A DNA stretch of 64,000 bases from positions 16,701-80,700 of IMG/VR virus record IMGVR_UViG_3300019762_000001; one strand, written 5' to 3'. A model generated the notes under the pieces. The model saw only the letters and a list, made by a program, of their open reading frames with translations. It had not been told where the DNA came from and did no database searches. The translations under genes and the position numbers were made by a program. Source of the stretch: a virus. Shown here piece by piece: positions 27,863-38,241 of the stretch. Each line of letters starts with the position of its first letter. Position 1 is the first letter of the stretch.

Positions 27863-28624
27863 TTAATCATTAAATACAAATTCTATTTTAGGTACATAGT
27901 AGGAACCCCTTTGTATCACCTCCACATCAAGTGAGTGATACCCGGTAGTAATCCTTGTATATCCCGATCCCTCTATCATACCCACTGGGGCTAAAAACAT
28001 ACTTGTCTTTGTCCTAAGGGTAGAAGCTTGCACGGTAGTAGTGGTTTTTCCGGGTGTGTTAGCTGGCATTGAAACTATGAAAGGTTGTATTGGGGTAACT
28101 TCCATTACTGCCTCTCCATACATCCCAGAAGGTGATGCTGTGGCGTAAAAAAGAGAATACCAGGCAGTACCAGTTTGATCTGTACTTGTAGCTCTTGAGA
28201 AATGTATGGTGATATCTACTGTAGTAGCTGAGGGTGGAATTGTTGGGATATTAAAGGATATTAATCTGTCAAGCTCTGTACTACCGGCATAGCCAAATCC
28301 AACATTTGGCATCTCAGCGGTTAATGGAGCCCTAGTAGTTGTCTTACCACCAAGTTGCTCTCGTCTAAAGTAATAGTTAGTAGGTGGTGGGTATATAGCT
28401 GAAACATAGTTCCTAAATTCAGATAGCCAATGTCCATCCTTAGCATAGGTGGGGTCAAATCCTGTATCACCAGCCTCAGTAAAACAATCTTCTAATGAGA
28501 ATGGAGCAGTAAGGCCTAGCTCTGTTCCCACCACGCTTAGAGTAACTATTGGATTATCTGGTACCTGAGCAAACAGCCCAATACTTAGTATCAGGCTGAT
28601 TAATAGAGTTTGTAGCTTTTTCAT
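27863..28624 (-). CDS. Signal-peptide-bearing tail-fibre-associated protein (adhesin candidate)
   Basis: MKKLQTLLISLILSIGLFA|Q; beta-rich; follows the tail fibre gene. Confidence 0.55.
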   Translation of the reverse strand: MKKLQTLLISLILSIGLFAQVPDNPIVTLSVVGTELGLTAPFSLEDCFTEAGDTGFDPTYAKDGHWLSEFRNYVSAIYPPPTNYYFRREQLGGKTTTRAPLTAEMPNVGFGYAGSTELDRLISFNIPTIPPSATTVDITIHFSRATSTDQTGTAWYSLFYATASPSGMYGEAVMEVTPIQPFIVSMPANTPGKTTTTVQASTLRTKTSMFLAPVGMIEGSGYTRITTGYHSLDVEVIQRGSYYVPKIEFVFND

Positions 28625-28626
28625 AG

Positions 28627-30933
28627 TTAGTTTAGTTTTCCATTGTTAGCTTTCATAAACTGCTGATCCCAGTATCCCTCCCCTCCATAGGGTAGTATCT
28701 CAGAGTTTTGGTTAGACTGGGGTACTTGTAAGATATCTTCTAATCTTTGTAATCTTTCTTCTAAGCTAGTAACCTTTTGTTTAAGTTTAGCATTATTATA
28801 CTGCATACTATCCTTGAGTTGTTCTAGCCGAGCAACTTTAGCACATAGAAGATCTATATAATTAACTGTCTTAGTTTTCATTGAATCTTGTAGAGTTAAC
28901 ACTAATTCAGGGTGAGTAAGAAGTATAGAATCAGCAACCACACCCACACGTCTTCTATCTGGGCTAGAATTCATGTGAAATTGTTTAATCTCAATCTTAT
29001 CGTAGGATTCTAGATTTTCAATATCTTTGATATCATGTTTAAGTCTGATATCTGAAGCTGTTGTAGATACATCTAATGCAGTAACTGTACCACTAGCTAC
29101 TATATTGCCAATTACATCTATACCGCTATCATCTATAGTAACTAATCCTTTTGAACCAGATGTTTCGTTGAGATTCTTGGTTATTCTTAATGCACCATTA
29201 ACATTATCTATTCCTATATTAGAGTTGTTGCCATGAGAAAATATCATACCTGGTGTATCTGATGTGCCATTGTTCATTTGTACATTGCCACTATCCCTGA
29301 AACTCCAGGCTGATCCATTTCCTACTATTACCCCATCACTAAAACTACCGCTACCTGTTACTTCGTGATTACCTGTTGTTTTAGTACCTAGTAGGGTTGT
29401 TTCAAATTTTAGGTCGCCTAAACCATATAACTGTTGATAAGTATTTGGAGTAAAGAGAGCCCCCAATCTACCCGAAATATTATCATATACTTGAAATGAT
29501 TTACCACCCGCTAAATCTTCAAGAGATAGATTAGTGCCACCAAGTGTACCTCGTTGCTTGAAATCCCAAGCTCGTTCAATATCCAGCTTAAGGACACTAA
29601 CACCATCACCTGTTGCACTAAAACTACCACTGCTAGCATTAATATCACCGCCAACTGCTATATCGCCTGTTATATCTATGCCGCTAGAAGATAGTGTTTG
29701 AACATCAGTCCCGCCAATATTTAGGTTTAGCTCAGAATTTGAGTGATTATATTCTAGATAAGCATCTAATCCACTTGATCCAAATGAAACTCTCCCGATA
29801 GAAGAATTCCCACTCTGGATAGCTATCCCGGCATTACCAGAGTTTACAATTGATACCTGTTTTAAAGAAGTCCAAGATGGGGGGTTTATGCCCCCTATAA
29901 TAACATTGCCACTAAACATACCACTACCCCCTGTAAAGTTACGAGAATCATCTATTGCTAGATTTCCCCCTACAGAGTAAGATTGAGCATTCCAGGGAGT
30001 TGTATTGTTGTTTGAGTTTTCTGAATGATAAAATTCCTTCCATGCCCCCCACGATGAACCATTATCGCCACTGTACCTCTTCCAAATACCTCCGCCTCTG
30101 GAATCAGAAGCGTAGAATATCTGATGTATCTCATTAGGATCATACCCTCTATATACATTCATAGTATGGCCATTATTAATAACCACAGGACTATCCCCTG
30201 TTGTTGAAGTACTAATCTGGTAATTACCAAGAGCTGTAACATCATTAATATTACCAGACGCAATACCCCTAAAATATTGAACGTTGGTTAAAGCCCCAAG
30301 GGTATTAAGTTCAGTTGTTGTAGAGTAATTTGGTTTATCGTTTAACCAGATTGGGTCTGTTTCTGAAAGATTAGCTTGTGTAAGAACTTCACTATATCCC
30401 GAAGAAGCACTTCCCACTTCTACCTTATCATTATCCTGACTTATCCTTAGAGCTAAGCTAGTACTTCCCCCATTATTATTAGCTAAGTAGGTAGTTCCGT
30501 CAGACCCAGTTGATAATACCGATTTATAGTTGGTAGGCCCCACAGTACGGGATTGGGCTATCTCTGAGTAGTCAGTGCCCTTTGACACCCCTATTCTATC
30601 ATGGAAGTAAGTTAATCCCCCGAAATGGGTTAATCCAGTAAAACTTTTATTACCTGTTAGAGTTTCTACACCATCCAGGGTTACATAGTTTGATAGGTCC
30701 CCAATAACATTTACCCACTGTGTACCATCTGACATATATAAGATATGGTTAGATGATACATAGAAGCTACCTGGTAATCCCACGGTGGGAGGGGTAGCGG
30801 AAGCTAATGGTACAACCCTAAACTCATAGGCTTTTAGTTTTTCATAGTATTCCCAGCCTTGCTGAGCATATACACTATTGATGGTGGCAATAAGAGCCAC
30901 CATTAAAATCAGTAATCTTTTCATCTGTTTCAT
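28627..30933 (-). CDS. Tail fibre with a knob domain and C-terminal S74 intramolecular chaperone; has an N-terminal signal peptide
   Basis: ETLTGNKSF, knob-like GNY...QIFY...IWKR...WGAW, SDIRLKHDI...VNYIDL plus coiled coil. Confidence 0.8.
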   Translation of the reverse strand: MKQMKRLLILMVALIATINSVYAQQGWEYYEKLKAYEFRVVPLASATPPTVGLPGSFYVSSNHILYMSDGTQWVNVIGDLSNYVTLDGVETLTGNKSFTGLTHFGGLTYFHDRIGVSKGTDYSEIAQSRTVGPTNYKSVLSTGSDGTTYLANNNGGSTSLALRISQDNDKVEVGSASSGYSEVLTQANLSETDPIWLNDKPNYSTTTELNTLGALTNVQYFRGIASGNINDVTALGNYQISTSTTGDSPVVINNGHTMNVYRGYDPNEIHQIFYASDSRGGGIWKRYSGDNGSSWGAWKEFYHSENSNNNTTPWNAQSYSVGGNLAIDDSRNFTGGSGMFSGNVIIGGINPPSWTSLKQVSIVNSGNAGIAIQSGNSSIGRVSFGSSGLDAYLEYNHSNSELNLNIGGTDVQTLSSSGIDITGDIAVGGDINASSGSFSATGDGVSVLKLDIERAWDFKQRGTLGGTNLSLEDLAGGKSFQVYDNISGRLGALFTPNTYQQLYGLGDLKFETTLLGTKTTGNHEVTGSGSFSDGVIVGNGSAWSFRDSGNVQMNNGTSDTPGMIFSHGNNSNIGIDNVNGALRITKNLNETSGSKGLVTIDDSGIDVIGNIVASGTVTALDVSTTASDIRLKHDIKDIENLESYDKIEIKQFHMNSSPDRRRVGVVADSILLTHPELVLTLQDSMKTKTVNYIDLLCAKVARLEQLKDSMQYNNAKLKQKVTSLEERLQRLEDILQVPQSNQNSEILPYGGEGYWDQQFMKANNGKLN

Positions 30934-30937
30934 GTTT

Positions 30938-31687
30938 TTAAAGTTGAGAATTTATTCTGTAATATAAAGTTCCATTTGGGTATCTCGTTGGGGGCATAAA
31001 TATGAATTTACCTATTTCTTTAGTTCCAAAACCCCAACCAGATCTAACCTTAGTCCCATCGGTAGCAGCATACTCTACCACCTCTATGTAATACCTATCA
31101 TTGGTTTGTCCCACTACAGTAACCTCTGTGTCTCCAGATATGGCTTTAGGGGTTATAGCCAATTGATTTTTTATATGGTTTACATCACTATCTACTTCAG
31201 GCTTACTATACACGTTTAGGTTTGTCCTAGCCACAGCCCTATCCGGTAAGTCCCCTAGGTTATTAGCTTTCTTTACATAGTCAGTTAGAGAAAAGTCTAT
31301 ACCCTCTTGCTCTGCTAACTTGTAAAATATATCGTTTGTCTTATCATACCTGTATATAGCCCAACCGGCATTAACAGTCGGATCATCAGAAGCATCCTGG
31401 ACAAATACGTTTTCCCCATTGGTTATATTAGCTTTATCCGCATCTCTCTCAGGGATATCTGGATAACCTTTATCTGCTGCCAAATGTAGATTGATACCAT
31501 TTAGTAGTACCTGCTTAGTAATATTCTTATTTACCCCTGCTTGTACTATGGTTAGTATATCCGGATCCTCAAAGGTATCAGCTGAGGGTAATTCTGATAT
31601 TCTAACCCTATTTAGGGATTGTTGTAGGGTATTAACTCGGTTAGTTAAGTTCTGTACCTGTAGTTCTAATTCTGCGTTACTGGCCAT
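30938..31687 (-). CDS. Tail-fibre-related protein
   Basis: RISELPSA, DASDDPTVNAGWAIY and NNLGDLPDRAVARTNLNV motifs typical of fibre proteins. Confidence 0.6.
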   Translation of the reverse strand: MASNAELELQVQNLTNRVNTLQQSLNRVRISELPSADTFEDPDILTIVQAGVNKNITKQVLLNGINLHLAADKGYPDIPERDADKANITNGENVFVQDASDDPTVNAGWAIYRYDKTNDIFYKLAEQEGIDFSLTDYVKKANNLGDLPDRAVARTNLNVYSKPEVDSDVNHIKNQLAITPKAISGDTEVTVVGQTNDRYYIEVVEYAATDGTKVRSGWGFGTKEIGKFIFMPPTRYPNGTLYYRINSQL

Positions 31688-31690
31688 GGT

Positions 31691-32386
31691 TTAAGGTTTT
31701 TGTGATTCAAGTTCAAAATGGGAGCCAGCTTCATCACTGAGTATTCCTAGCCCATTTTCTAAAGCTATTAATTTAGTCCCAGTGGTTATGGTCTTTAGCC
31801 TCATATCAATTGGCTCCATCCATCGTATAATTGGGTATATCTTAGAGATCAGAGTATCATCAACTGGTAAAGCTCCCTCGTGAGTAAATAAAATAGATAC
31901 ATCATAGGTTCCGAAGTCTGCAATTGGAGAATCGTAGTAATGGCCATCATCATATCTATGGTGGATTTTACCAATGTCTAGTGAGTCATAATAGAACTCT
32001 GTTTCTAACTTCTCATTAATACTTACTATGTACCCGAGATAAGCAAAAATCATTCTTATACCCTCATATGTACCCTTTAACTTTCTTAGACTTACATAGT
32101 AGTTCAATAGCCCACGGTTATATCGGTCTTTAAATACTGAACCAGAAGAGAGGAGTTCTGGGGGATTACCAAATTGCTCAGAGATAACCCATAAGAACCT
32201 TTCTGGTGTACCCAAAGCATCGTGTTTATCAAGGAAATTTTCTCCCTCTGGTATAATGTTCTGGGTTATTTCATCCTGGAATATTTCTATGTACCTCTCG
32301 AATAAGCCCTTACCATTACTATCCCTATAGGTATCTTGTGATTTATGGTAAGGCTCAAAAAAACTGTTGAATAAGTTATTTAGCAT
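31691..32386 (-). CDS. Baseplate wedge protein (P2 gpI-like)
   Basis: PERFL...KLKGTYEGI; follows baseplate J. Confidence 0.75.
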   Translation of the reverse strand: MLNNLFNSFFEPYHKSQDTYRDSNGKGLFERYIEIFQDEITQNIIPEGENFLDKHDALGTPERFLWVISEQFGNPPELLSSGSVFKDRYNRGLLNYYVSLRKLKGTYEGIRMIFAYLGYIVSINEKLETEFYYDSLDIGKIHHRYDDGHYYDSPIADFGTYDVSILFTHEGALPVDDTLISKIYPIIRWMEPIDMRLKTITTGTKLIALENGLGILSDEAGSHFELESQKP

Positions 32387-34062
32387 TATACGTTGGTTAT
32401 AGTTAGATTATTTACTGATAATACCGGTAGAGTATAGTCTGATATTTCCATATCATTGTTATATGGGTAAGTAGTAAACTCCCAAGAATCCCCCACAGTG
32501 TAGCTACCATCTGATAATTCTAATTGTATAGCTCCATCTACCGATAAATAGTTTGAGTAGAAAGAGATGGATGGTTGAGCTTTACCATCTTTATATAATA
32601 GGTATTGGTTACCGGCATATACTACCTTCCAATAAGCTCTTTGTGATGATCCTGGTAGTACTTCTATTAAAGATACATTCAATACATGGGTATTATCTCC
32701 TAAAGGTTTTGGTACTGGTTTAGTACTAAGCTTAGTAATGGTTACATACTCTGTAGAGGGTGAATTTTCTATAATTGCTATTATATCTGAATACCTGATA
32801 GCCTTGTTTATCCTAGACTTAGTAGCAGAATATTCAGCTAATAAAGCTAAAGCTACCTCGTTGGTATTAATCCCCTTATCATGCCTGAATTTAGTAGCTA
32901 AATCAAATGAAAGTAATAGCTCTGTTTGGCCAGCGGATTTTACAGTTATATTCCTACCCAATAATCTACGGCTAAAAATAAAGTTATAGGTACTTTCCAA
33001 TAGCTCGGTAGAAGCTTCTCCACCGTTTATTGGGCTTATAAATATTTCCAAGTATCTTGGGTGATAGTATCTTAGTACTGCATCAGCAACACCTGGAGCC
33101 AGTTTAGCTATATCTTCATGGTCTGATTCTGTTACTGCATACCATAGGGTCCTAAGGCTTAGTACAGAGTTCTTACGAATAGATTCCATAGATTCCACCT
33201 CTGAACCCCCAGTTGGGGCCATTGGATTTTTACATTTTAGATTATCGCTAGCTAACCCCGGTAGGGTTATTTGAGTTACGAAGTCTGTTATAGTTAGAGC
33301 CTTAACGTTATTCCCAGCATCACCAATTGTTGTTTTATAGGTAGCTATAATATCTTTATCTTTTGGGGGTATCTTGCCCTGTACTCCATTCCCGAATATA
33401 ATTGTTGGGACTTTATTTACTGATAGGGTAGTAGTAAAGTGGGCATCCATGAAATTAGAACTTGATAAGGTTTCTTTAAATACATAGATTTGCCCATCTA
33501 TTATTAACTGGATACTACCCTCTGCAACATCCTTTGGCATATCCACTATCTGTGAGGGTAATCCATTGGTCCTACCCACATTTTGATTAATCGCTGCCTC
33601 TACTTGGTAGGCTGATATAGTAGTTTCTGATGTACCATTTTCTATCGTAGCATCCGATACTGTCTGGAATTGTATACCCCCAGCTTCAATTATTGTACCA
33701 GAGGGAATAAGATGGTCAACAGCAGCTATTATAGGGCTTCCATCATTTGCTTCTAAGTAAAGGATTAAATCTACCGTAGCTGGTATACGAGAATTTATGT
33801 GGTAGTCATAAGCTCTAGCATGTTTTAAAACGCTACTAAACCTCCTTGCTGTAGGCAAGAAGGATTCCCTGGATAGGTTATCAAGGTAAGCATTTAGTAG
33901 TTCTGCTATCCCAGAAAACATCTCTATAATAACTATAAGGATATGGTTAGGAGAGAAATCTGTGATTTCAGGTACCTTTATCTTTAGCCGGGTTAGCAAA
34001 CTAGCTTTAACCTTTTCGTAGCTCCTATCAAAGTAAGTTACCCAGTCATTTGAAAATTTCAT
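32386..34062 (-). CDS. Baseplate J / gp6-like wedge protein
   Basis: ESFLPTA, FGNGVQGKIP, GGSEVES and AVTESDHE. Confidence 0.9.
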   Translation of the reverse strand: MKFSNDWVTYFDRSYEKVKASLLTRLKIKVPEITDFSPNHILIVIIEMFSGIAELLNAYLDNLSRESFLPTARRFSSVLKHARAYDYHINSRIPATVDLILYLEANDGSPIIAAVDHLIPSGTIIEAGGIQFQTVSDATIENGTSETTISAYQVEAAINQNVGRTNGLPSQIVDMPKDVAEGSIQLIIDGQIYVFKETLSSSNFMDAHFTTTLSVNKVPTIIFGNGVQGKIPPKDKDIIATYKTTIGDAGNNVKALTITDFVTQITLPGLASDNLKCKNPMAPTGGSEVESMESIRKNSVLSLRTLWYAVTESDHEDIAKLAPGVADAVLRYYHPRYLEIFISPINGGEASTELLESTYNFIFSRRLLGRNITVKSAGQTELLLSFDLATKFRHDKGINTNEVALALLAEYSATKSRINKAIRYSDIIAIIENSPSTEYVTITKLSTKPVPKPLGDNTHVLNVSLIEVLPGSSQRAYWKVVYAGNQYLLYKDGKAQPSISFYSNYLSVDGAIQLELSDGSYTVGDSWEFTTYPYNNDMEISDYTLPVLSVNNLTITNV

Positions 34063-34065
34063 AGT

Positions 34066-34434
34066 TTATAGGTTTATTGTAGTAGTTAATGTATCGATTT
34101 GATTATAGGGTAATATTCTATACTCAAGTGTTGCTGAAATAGAAGTTTGGGTTACTCTAGAGGTTACTATGCTTTTAAACTCTACCCTTGGTTCCCATAG
34201 TTCTATAGCATCTATAACAAAGAACTTAACCAGAGACTGTGTAATGAAGTCGTTTGGTTCCTCTATTATAGTTGGTATTCTTGAGCCATATGTATTTCTC
34301 CTATACCTTTGCCTTATCTCCCAATTGAGCAGCATTAGTAATGAGCTTTTTATAAGCTCTACCCGATCGGATAACTCCAGTTTACCATCGGTTAAATACC
34401 AAGGGTAAGCTATTCCTTTTTCTTTTAAAGCCAT
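34066..34434 (-). CDS. Baseplate gp25/GPW-like protein
   Basis: YGSRI...EP and AIELWEPRV. Confidence 0.9.
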   Translation of the reverse strand: MALKEKGIAYPWYLTDGKLELSDRVELIKSSLLMLLNWEIRQRYRRNTYGSRIPTIIEEPNDFITQSLVKFFVIDAIELWEPRVEFKSIVTSRVTQTSISATLEYRILPYNQIDTLTTTINL

Positions 34435-34470
34435 TGTGTTTAGTTTAATTTTAGTGGTTATGGTCTCTAC

Positions 34471-35250
34471 CTATTGGACTACTTCTTTATTTTCTATATC
34501 CGGGATAGAACTCTCTTTTAGGCTTTGTTCTAAATAGGGTTTAACTAATGGGGTAGTTGGTGATCCGGGTGAAGCTGAAGTATGTGTATGTACCTTATAG
34601 TCCTCAATCAATTTATTATGGGCTTTTTCCAGGGCGTTTAATTTTTTTATAACTTCCTCAGCTTTTGGTATACCATATAATTTACCACCATTAATAGTAA
34701 TCTTATCCTTAAACATTTCTATACTTTTCTCCTCGTATAGTGCTTTAATATACTCGTCATGTAGAATAATGCTGCATTTATCTGAGTGGTTTACTAGAAT
34801 ACGCTCTTTCTCCATTCTAATAACAGACCCATCTGCATGAGTTATCTCTATTATATTATCTAGGTCGCTTAGTAGTACTTTATGCCCAGAGGGAGTTTTA
34901 AAACCATAACTTTTTTCAGTGAACTCATGGGGTTTTTCCTCCTCAAGATATCCAGAGAATTGCCACCTTGGGAATCTTGAATCCCCGAAGTCAAACCTTA
35001 TCTCTACCTTATCCCCTACCTCTGGTAATATATGAGCTCCATAGTTTTTACCAGAGAATTGACCTAGGGTAGGTACCCATCTTGGGTGTTCCGTGCTTTG
35101 GGTAATATTTGGTATGATTACTTTTATCCTATTCCTATTCTCTGGATCATCTACCCTAGTAACTATCCCCTCATAATGGGAATAGTATTTACCTATAGAT
35201 TCTAATCCATGATATAGTAAAGTCCTTAGAAAGCCTATTACTGATTCCAT
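34471..35250 (-). CDS. Baseplate spike (gpV/gp5 OB-fold)
   Basis: DDPENRNRIKV, LPEVGDKV, KTPSGH and a C-terminal HTH metal motif (VHTH). Confidence 0.9.
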   Translation of the reverse strand: MESVIGFLRTLLYHGLESIGKYYSHYEGIVTRVDDPENRNRIKVIIPNITQSTEHPRWVPTLGQFSGKNYGAHILPEVGDKVEIRFDFGDSRFPRWQFSGYLEEEKPHEFTEKSYGFKTPSGHKVLLSDLDNIIEITHADGSVIRMEKERILVNHSDKCSIILHDEYIKALYEEKSIEMFKDKITINGGKLYGIPKAEEVIKKLNALEKAHNKLIEDYKVHTHTSASPGSPTTPLVKPYLEQSLKESSIPDIENKEVVQ

Positions 35251-35252
35251 TG

Positions 35253-37220
35253 TTAGAAATTTTCGGAGTTAATTCTGTATAAGTTTTTATTGTTGTAGTT
35301 GTTAAGCAGGGTAGAAACATTCTCATCCAGAGTTCCACTTGGGTAACTTAGGATATCTACTGCTTTTAGTGTTTTGTATTCTCTCTGGTAATTAACACTT
35401 GTAGCTACTCCACCCTGTACCCTTATGTGGTCTGGGTCTAACTTGCCAGTTGGTATCTCAAGATCTACCCCAGGTTTGAATATCATCTTCTCCCTTTCAT
35501 ATCTCTTACTATAATCCTCTTTAAGGATATTACCATCTTTGTCTACTTTAGCTGGAGATATTACAGAGGTAATACCACTGAAAGGGATAGCTTTTATTAA
35601 GCTCCCTGTACATAGGTAGGATGAGGTTGGGCTTATGTGATGTTCTATCTCCTTAATATAGTAGTTACCCTTATCTTCATTAGCTACTCCCCCGATAGCG
35701 ATTGTATCTTTTGTTTTAAGTATAGGGTTCCCAATCACTTTTATAGTGGCTTTACTCTTTTCCATATCTATCTCCCTCTGCTTATTAGATACTGAATCCC
35801 GCTCTGCATCAGGGTCCTCTTCTCTACGGATATATACTCTGTGCATGTCCATTTTACCAAGCATCACATTATCTATTCCTTCCCAATCCTGTGGCCTATT
35901 CTCTGGACGTTTACCCTCGGGGTATTCTTTTAAAGATTCAACTCTCTGGAATATGCCATATTTGTCATGAGCTAAATATGCCATGTACCAAACTCTGATT
36001 TCTTCCTCTTTTAAGTTATCCCCTATAGTTGTATCTGCAAGAATTTCTGGTAAGGGCCTTAAGTTTTTTAATACATGAAGGTAATGGTACATGTTCGTAA
36101 ACCCCTTTTCCTTATCAAGTGAAGTAGTACGGAGGAAATTGTTAGATCGGTTTTGTTTGAATTTCATGTCAGGAGTAAATTCCTGCAAGTCTCCAGGCTC
36201 CTCCCTATACCCATAGTAGTACCTAGGATCTTTCTCCAAATGGCGATTATGTAGGGTTAATGTATCTCCATTTCCGTCTATATACCAAGGTCCATCTGGT
36301 GCTGATTTTAGATAAGCTTCTATAATTTGGTAGGGGGATGATGAGAATGGTACAATATCAAATTGCCTAGCAGAAATGTACCGACCAAATACAGAGTTTA
36401 GTTCTTTCTTTTCGGACTTAACTTTTAGCTTTTCTATCTCCTCATCTATCTTGGATTCAGCTAAGGTAAACTCTAAGACATTACGCCTTGCTTCAAATAT
36501 AGCTCCAACATCTCTATCCTCAAAGGCTACCCCCTCTGTTAGCTTAGCAACTTTCTTTTTATTATCAGCTATTTTTTCAGCAAGGATTCTCTTCTTTTCC
36601 TGGGCAGCTTCATAATCAGATAGTTCATCCCATTTTATTGGGTCCTCAAGGTATGAGTTAGATATACTAACCGCATAATCATCCTCAGCCTCTGAGTTCC
36701 CTGCATCCCTATGTGGTATCTCATCGGGTTGAAGCTCATGTACCTTTAGGGGTTTATAGTAGATAAGCTTACCCTGGTTTTCTATACGTAGGTTATATCT
36801 ACCCTCTGTAATACTCTCTAAGTATTCTAGTAAAGTAGTTTTTTTAGTACTGATGTCTTTCATGTACTTTAGCTGTGATACCATATCGGTACATGTAATG
36901 ATATAGAATATTCCACCAGTGCAGTATCTACGTTTATACTCCTTTACCATAACCGGTACTAATCCGGAATTAGCTTTCTTTAACCAGCCCCAGTTTAGGT
37001 ATAGCTTAGTCCTATGCTTTATATTAAGGTTGTTAAGATCTTGGGTACTCCTTAGGAATATAGTGATAGTACACTCATCATCATCAGCCTCTTTATACTT
37101 GTATGTGAAGTTAGTTATAAACCCCCTAGCGTCTGAGTCATTTGAGGCTAATGGCTTATCCTCGGAGTTATAAACAACAACAAAAGGGGTACCATACCCC
37201 TTGTTTATTACATTACTCAT
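35253..37220 (-). CDS. Baseplate hub (gp27/gpD-like)
   Basis: IGNPILK...GNYYIKEIEH; gene position. Confidence 0.7.
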   Translation of the reverse strand: MSNVINKGYGTPFVVVYNSEDKPLASNDSDARGFITNFTYKYKEADDDECTITIFLRSTQDLNNLNIKHRTKLYLNWGWLKKANSGLVPVMVKEYKRRYCTGGIFYIITCTDMVSQLKYMKDISTKKTTLLEYLESITEGRYNLRIENQGKLIYYKPLKVHELQPDEIPHRDAGNSEAEDDYAVSISNSYLEDPIKWDELSDYEAAQEKKRILAEKIADNKKKVAKLTEGVAFEDRDVGAIFEARRNVLEFTLAESKIDEEIEKLKVKSEKKELNSVFGRYISARQFDIVPFSSSPYQIIEAYLKSAPDGPWYIDGNGDTLTLHNRHLEKDPRYYYGYREEPGDLQEFTPDMKFKQNRSNNFLRTTSLDKEKGFTNMYHYLHVLKNLRPLPEILADTTIGDNLKEEEIRVWYMAYLAHDKYGIFQRVESLKEYPEGKRPENRPQDWEGIDNVMLGKMDMHRVYIRREEDPDAERDSVSNKQREIDMEKSKATIKVIGNPILKTKDTIAIGGVANEDKGNYYIKEIEHHISPTSSYLCTGSLIKAIPFSGITSVISPAKVDKDGNILKEDYSKRYEREKMIFKPGVDLEIPTGKLDPDHIRVQGGVATSVNYQREYKTLKAVDILSYPSGTLDENVSTLLNNYNNKNLYRINSENF

Positions 37221-37482
37221 TTTCGATATTTGGTATTATAAGTGTAGTGCCCGGGGTTAGTTCCCAAGGCTTAATGATTTCGTTAGCTTGCATTATTATA
37301 AACCATGGCTCTGGACTACCATAATAATCCTCAGCTATTCTGGCCAGTGTATCTCCACTAACCACTACATGGGTTTTGTCTAGGTGGCTTGGTATGTATA
37401 CTTCGGGTAATATCTCTAAAGAGGAATCACCCTGTGGGTAGTTTACTACCAAACTTCTATCATACATTTTTCTGTCAGCCAT
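37213..37482 (-). CDS. LysM / tail protein X
   Basis: HVVVSGDTLARIAEDYYG...LTPGTTLIIP. Confidence 0.9.
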   Translation of the reverse strand: MADRKMYDRSLVVNYPQGDSSLEILPEVYIPSHLDKTHVVVSGDTLARIAEDYYGSPEPWFIIMQANEIIKPWELTPGTTLIIPNIENE

Positions 37483-37483
37483 T

Positions 37484-38239
37484 CTATCTTGTGTTTATAT
37501 TGGTTATTACTTCTTTAGACAACCGGTTAGTTTTAGTAACCCGTTTGAAGGTTAGTTTTTGCTCAGCCATTTGGGGTAATAAATCGGTACTTATAAATTG
37601 GCCATCCCTACCTATATACCCATTAGTGAATTGAGATAATTTGTATGGGGCATGTACTAATAGCCATTTATCTTTCTCAAATAGGGTAGCATTCCTACCC
37701 CACATAATCCTTACCGAATGTGGATCTTCTAAGTATCCATCGGCTTTGGTTAGAGCTTCTAGCCACCTACAGTTTTGTATTACATCTTTACGATCCTCCT
37801 GCTTAGAAAACCATTGTACCGTAAATTCAAGAGTATCCTCAGAACCATTAAATTGATAGTGAGGATTATTCCTTCCGGGTGAGGCAATAGCTTTAAAGCT
37901 AGAATTTGGATCCATATTGATTTCATCTGGGATATAGGGTAACTCCAAATACTGATATTTTCTTTCTCCTATCTTAGAGGTTTTAACATCCAGATCATAG
38001 ATAACTATCTTATCTATGTCAGCCCTTACCGGTTCATCAAATACTACATCCTGGCCTTTTTCTCTACTATCCTCTATTAGAGTTTCTTTACTATACCTGT
38101 ATGGTTGGGGCCCCTCCCCAATTACTGAAGTTCCTAATTCCCTACTGATTAGAATCGCAGATCTCTGTGCAACTCCCGTTATCTTGTGAAGACTTTTTAG
38201 TTTATTAAGCCTATCTATCCTTGGTATCCGTATAGCCAT
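37484..38239 (-). CDS. Tail tube initiator-like protein
   Basis: PGRNNPHYQF.G.EDTLEF; lies after the tape measure gene. Confidence 0.65.
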   Translation of the reverse strand: MAIRIPRIDRLNKLKSLHKITGVAQRSAILISRELGTSVIGEGPQPYRYSKETLIEDSREKGQDVVFDEPVRADIDKIVIYDLDVKTSKIGERKYQYLELPYIPDEINMDPNSSFKAIASPGRNNPHYQFNGSEDTLEFTVQWFSKQEDRKDVIQNCRWLEALTKADGYLEDPHSVRIMWGRNATLFEKDKWLLVHAPYKLSQFTNGYIGRDGQFISTDLLPQMAEQKLTFKRVTKTNRLSKEVITNINTR

Positions 38240-38241
38240 AA

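Noticed and set aside
25782-30933. Diversity-generating retroelement or invertible tail-fibre cassette
   Set aside because: No reverse transcriptase, invertase or template/variable repeat pair was seen in the window.
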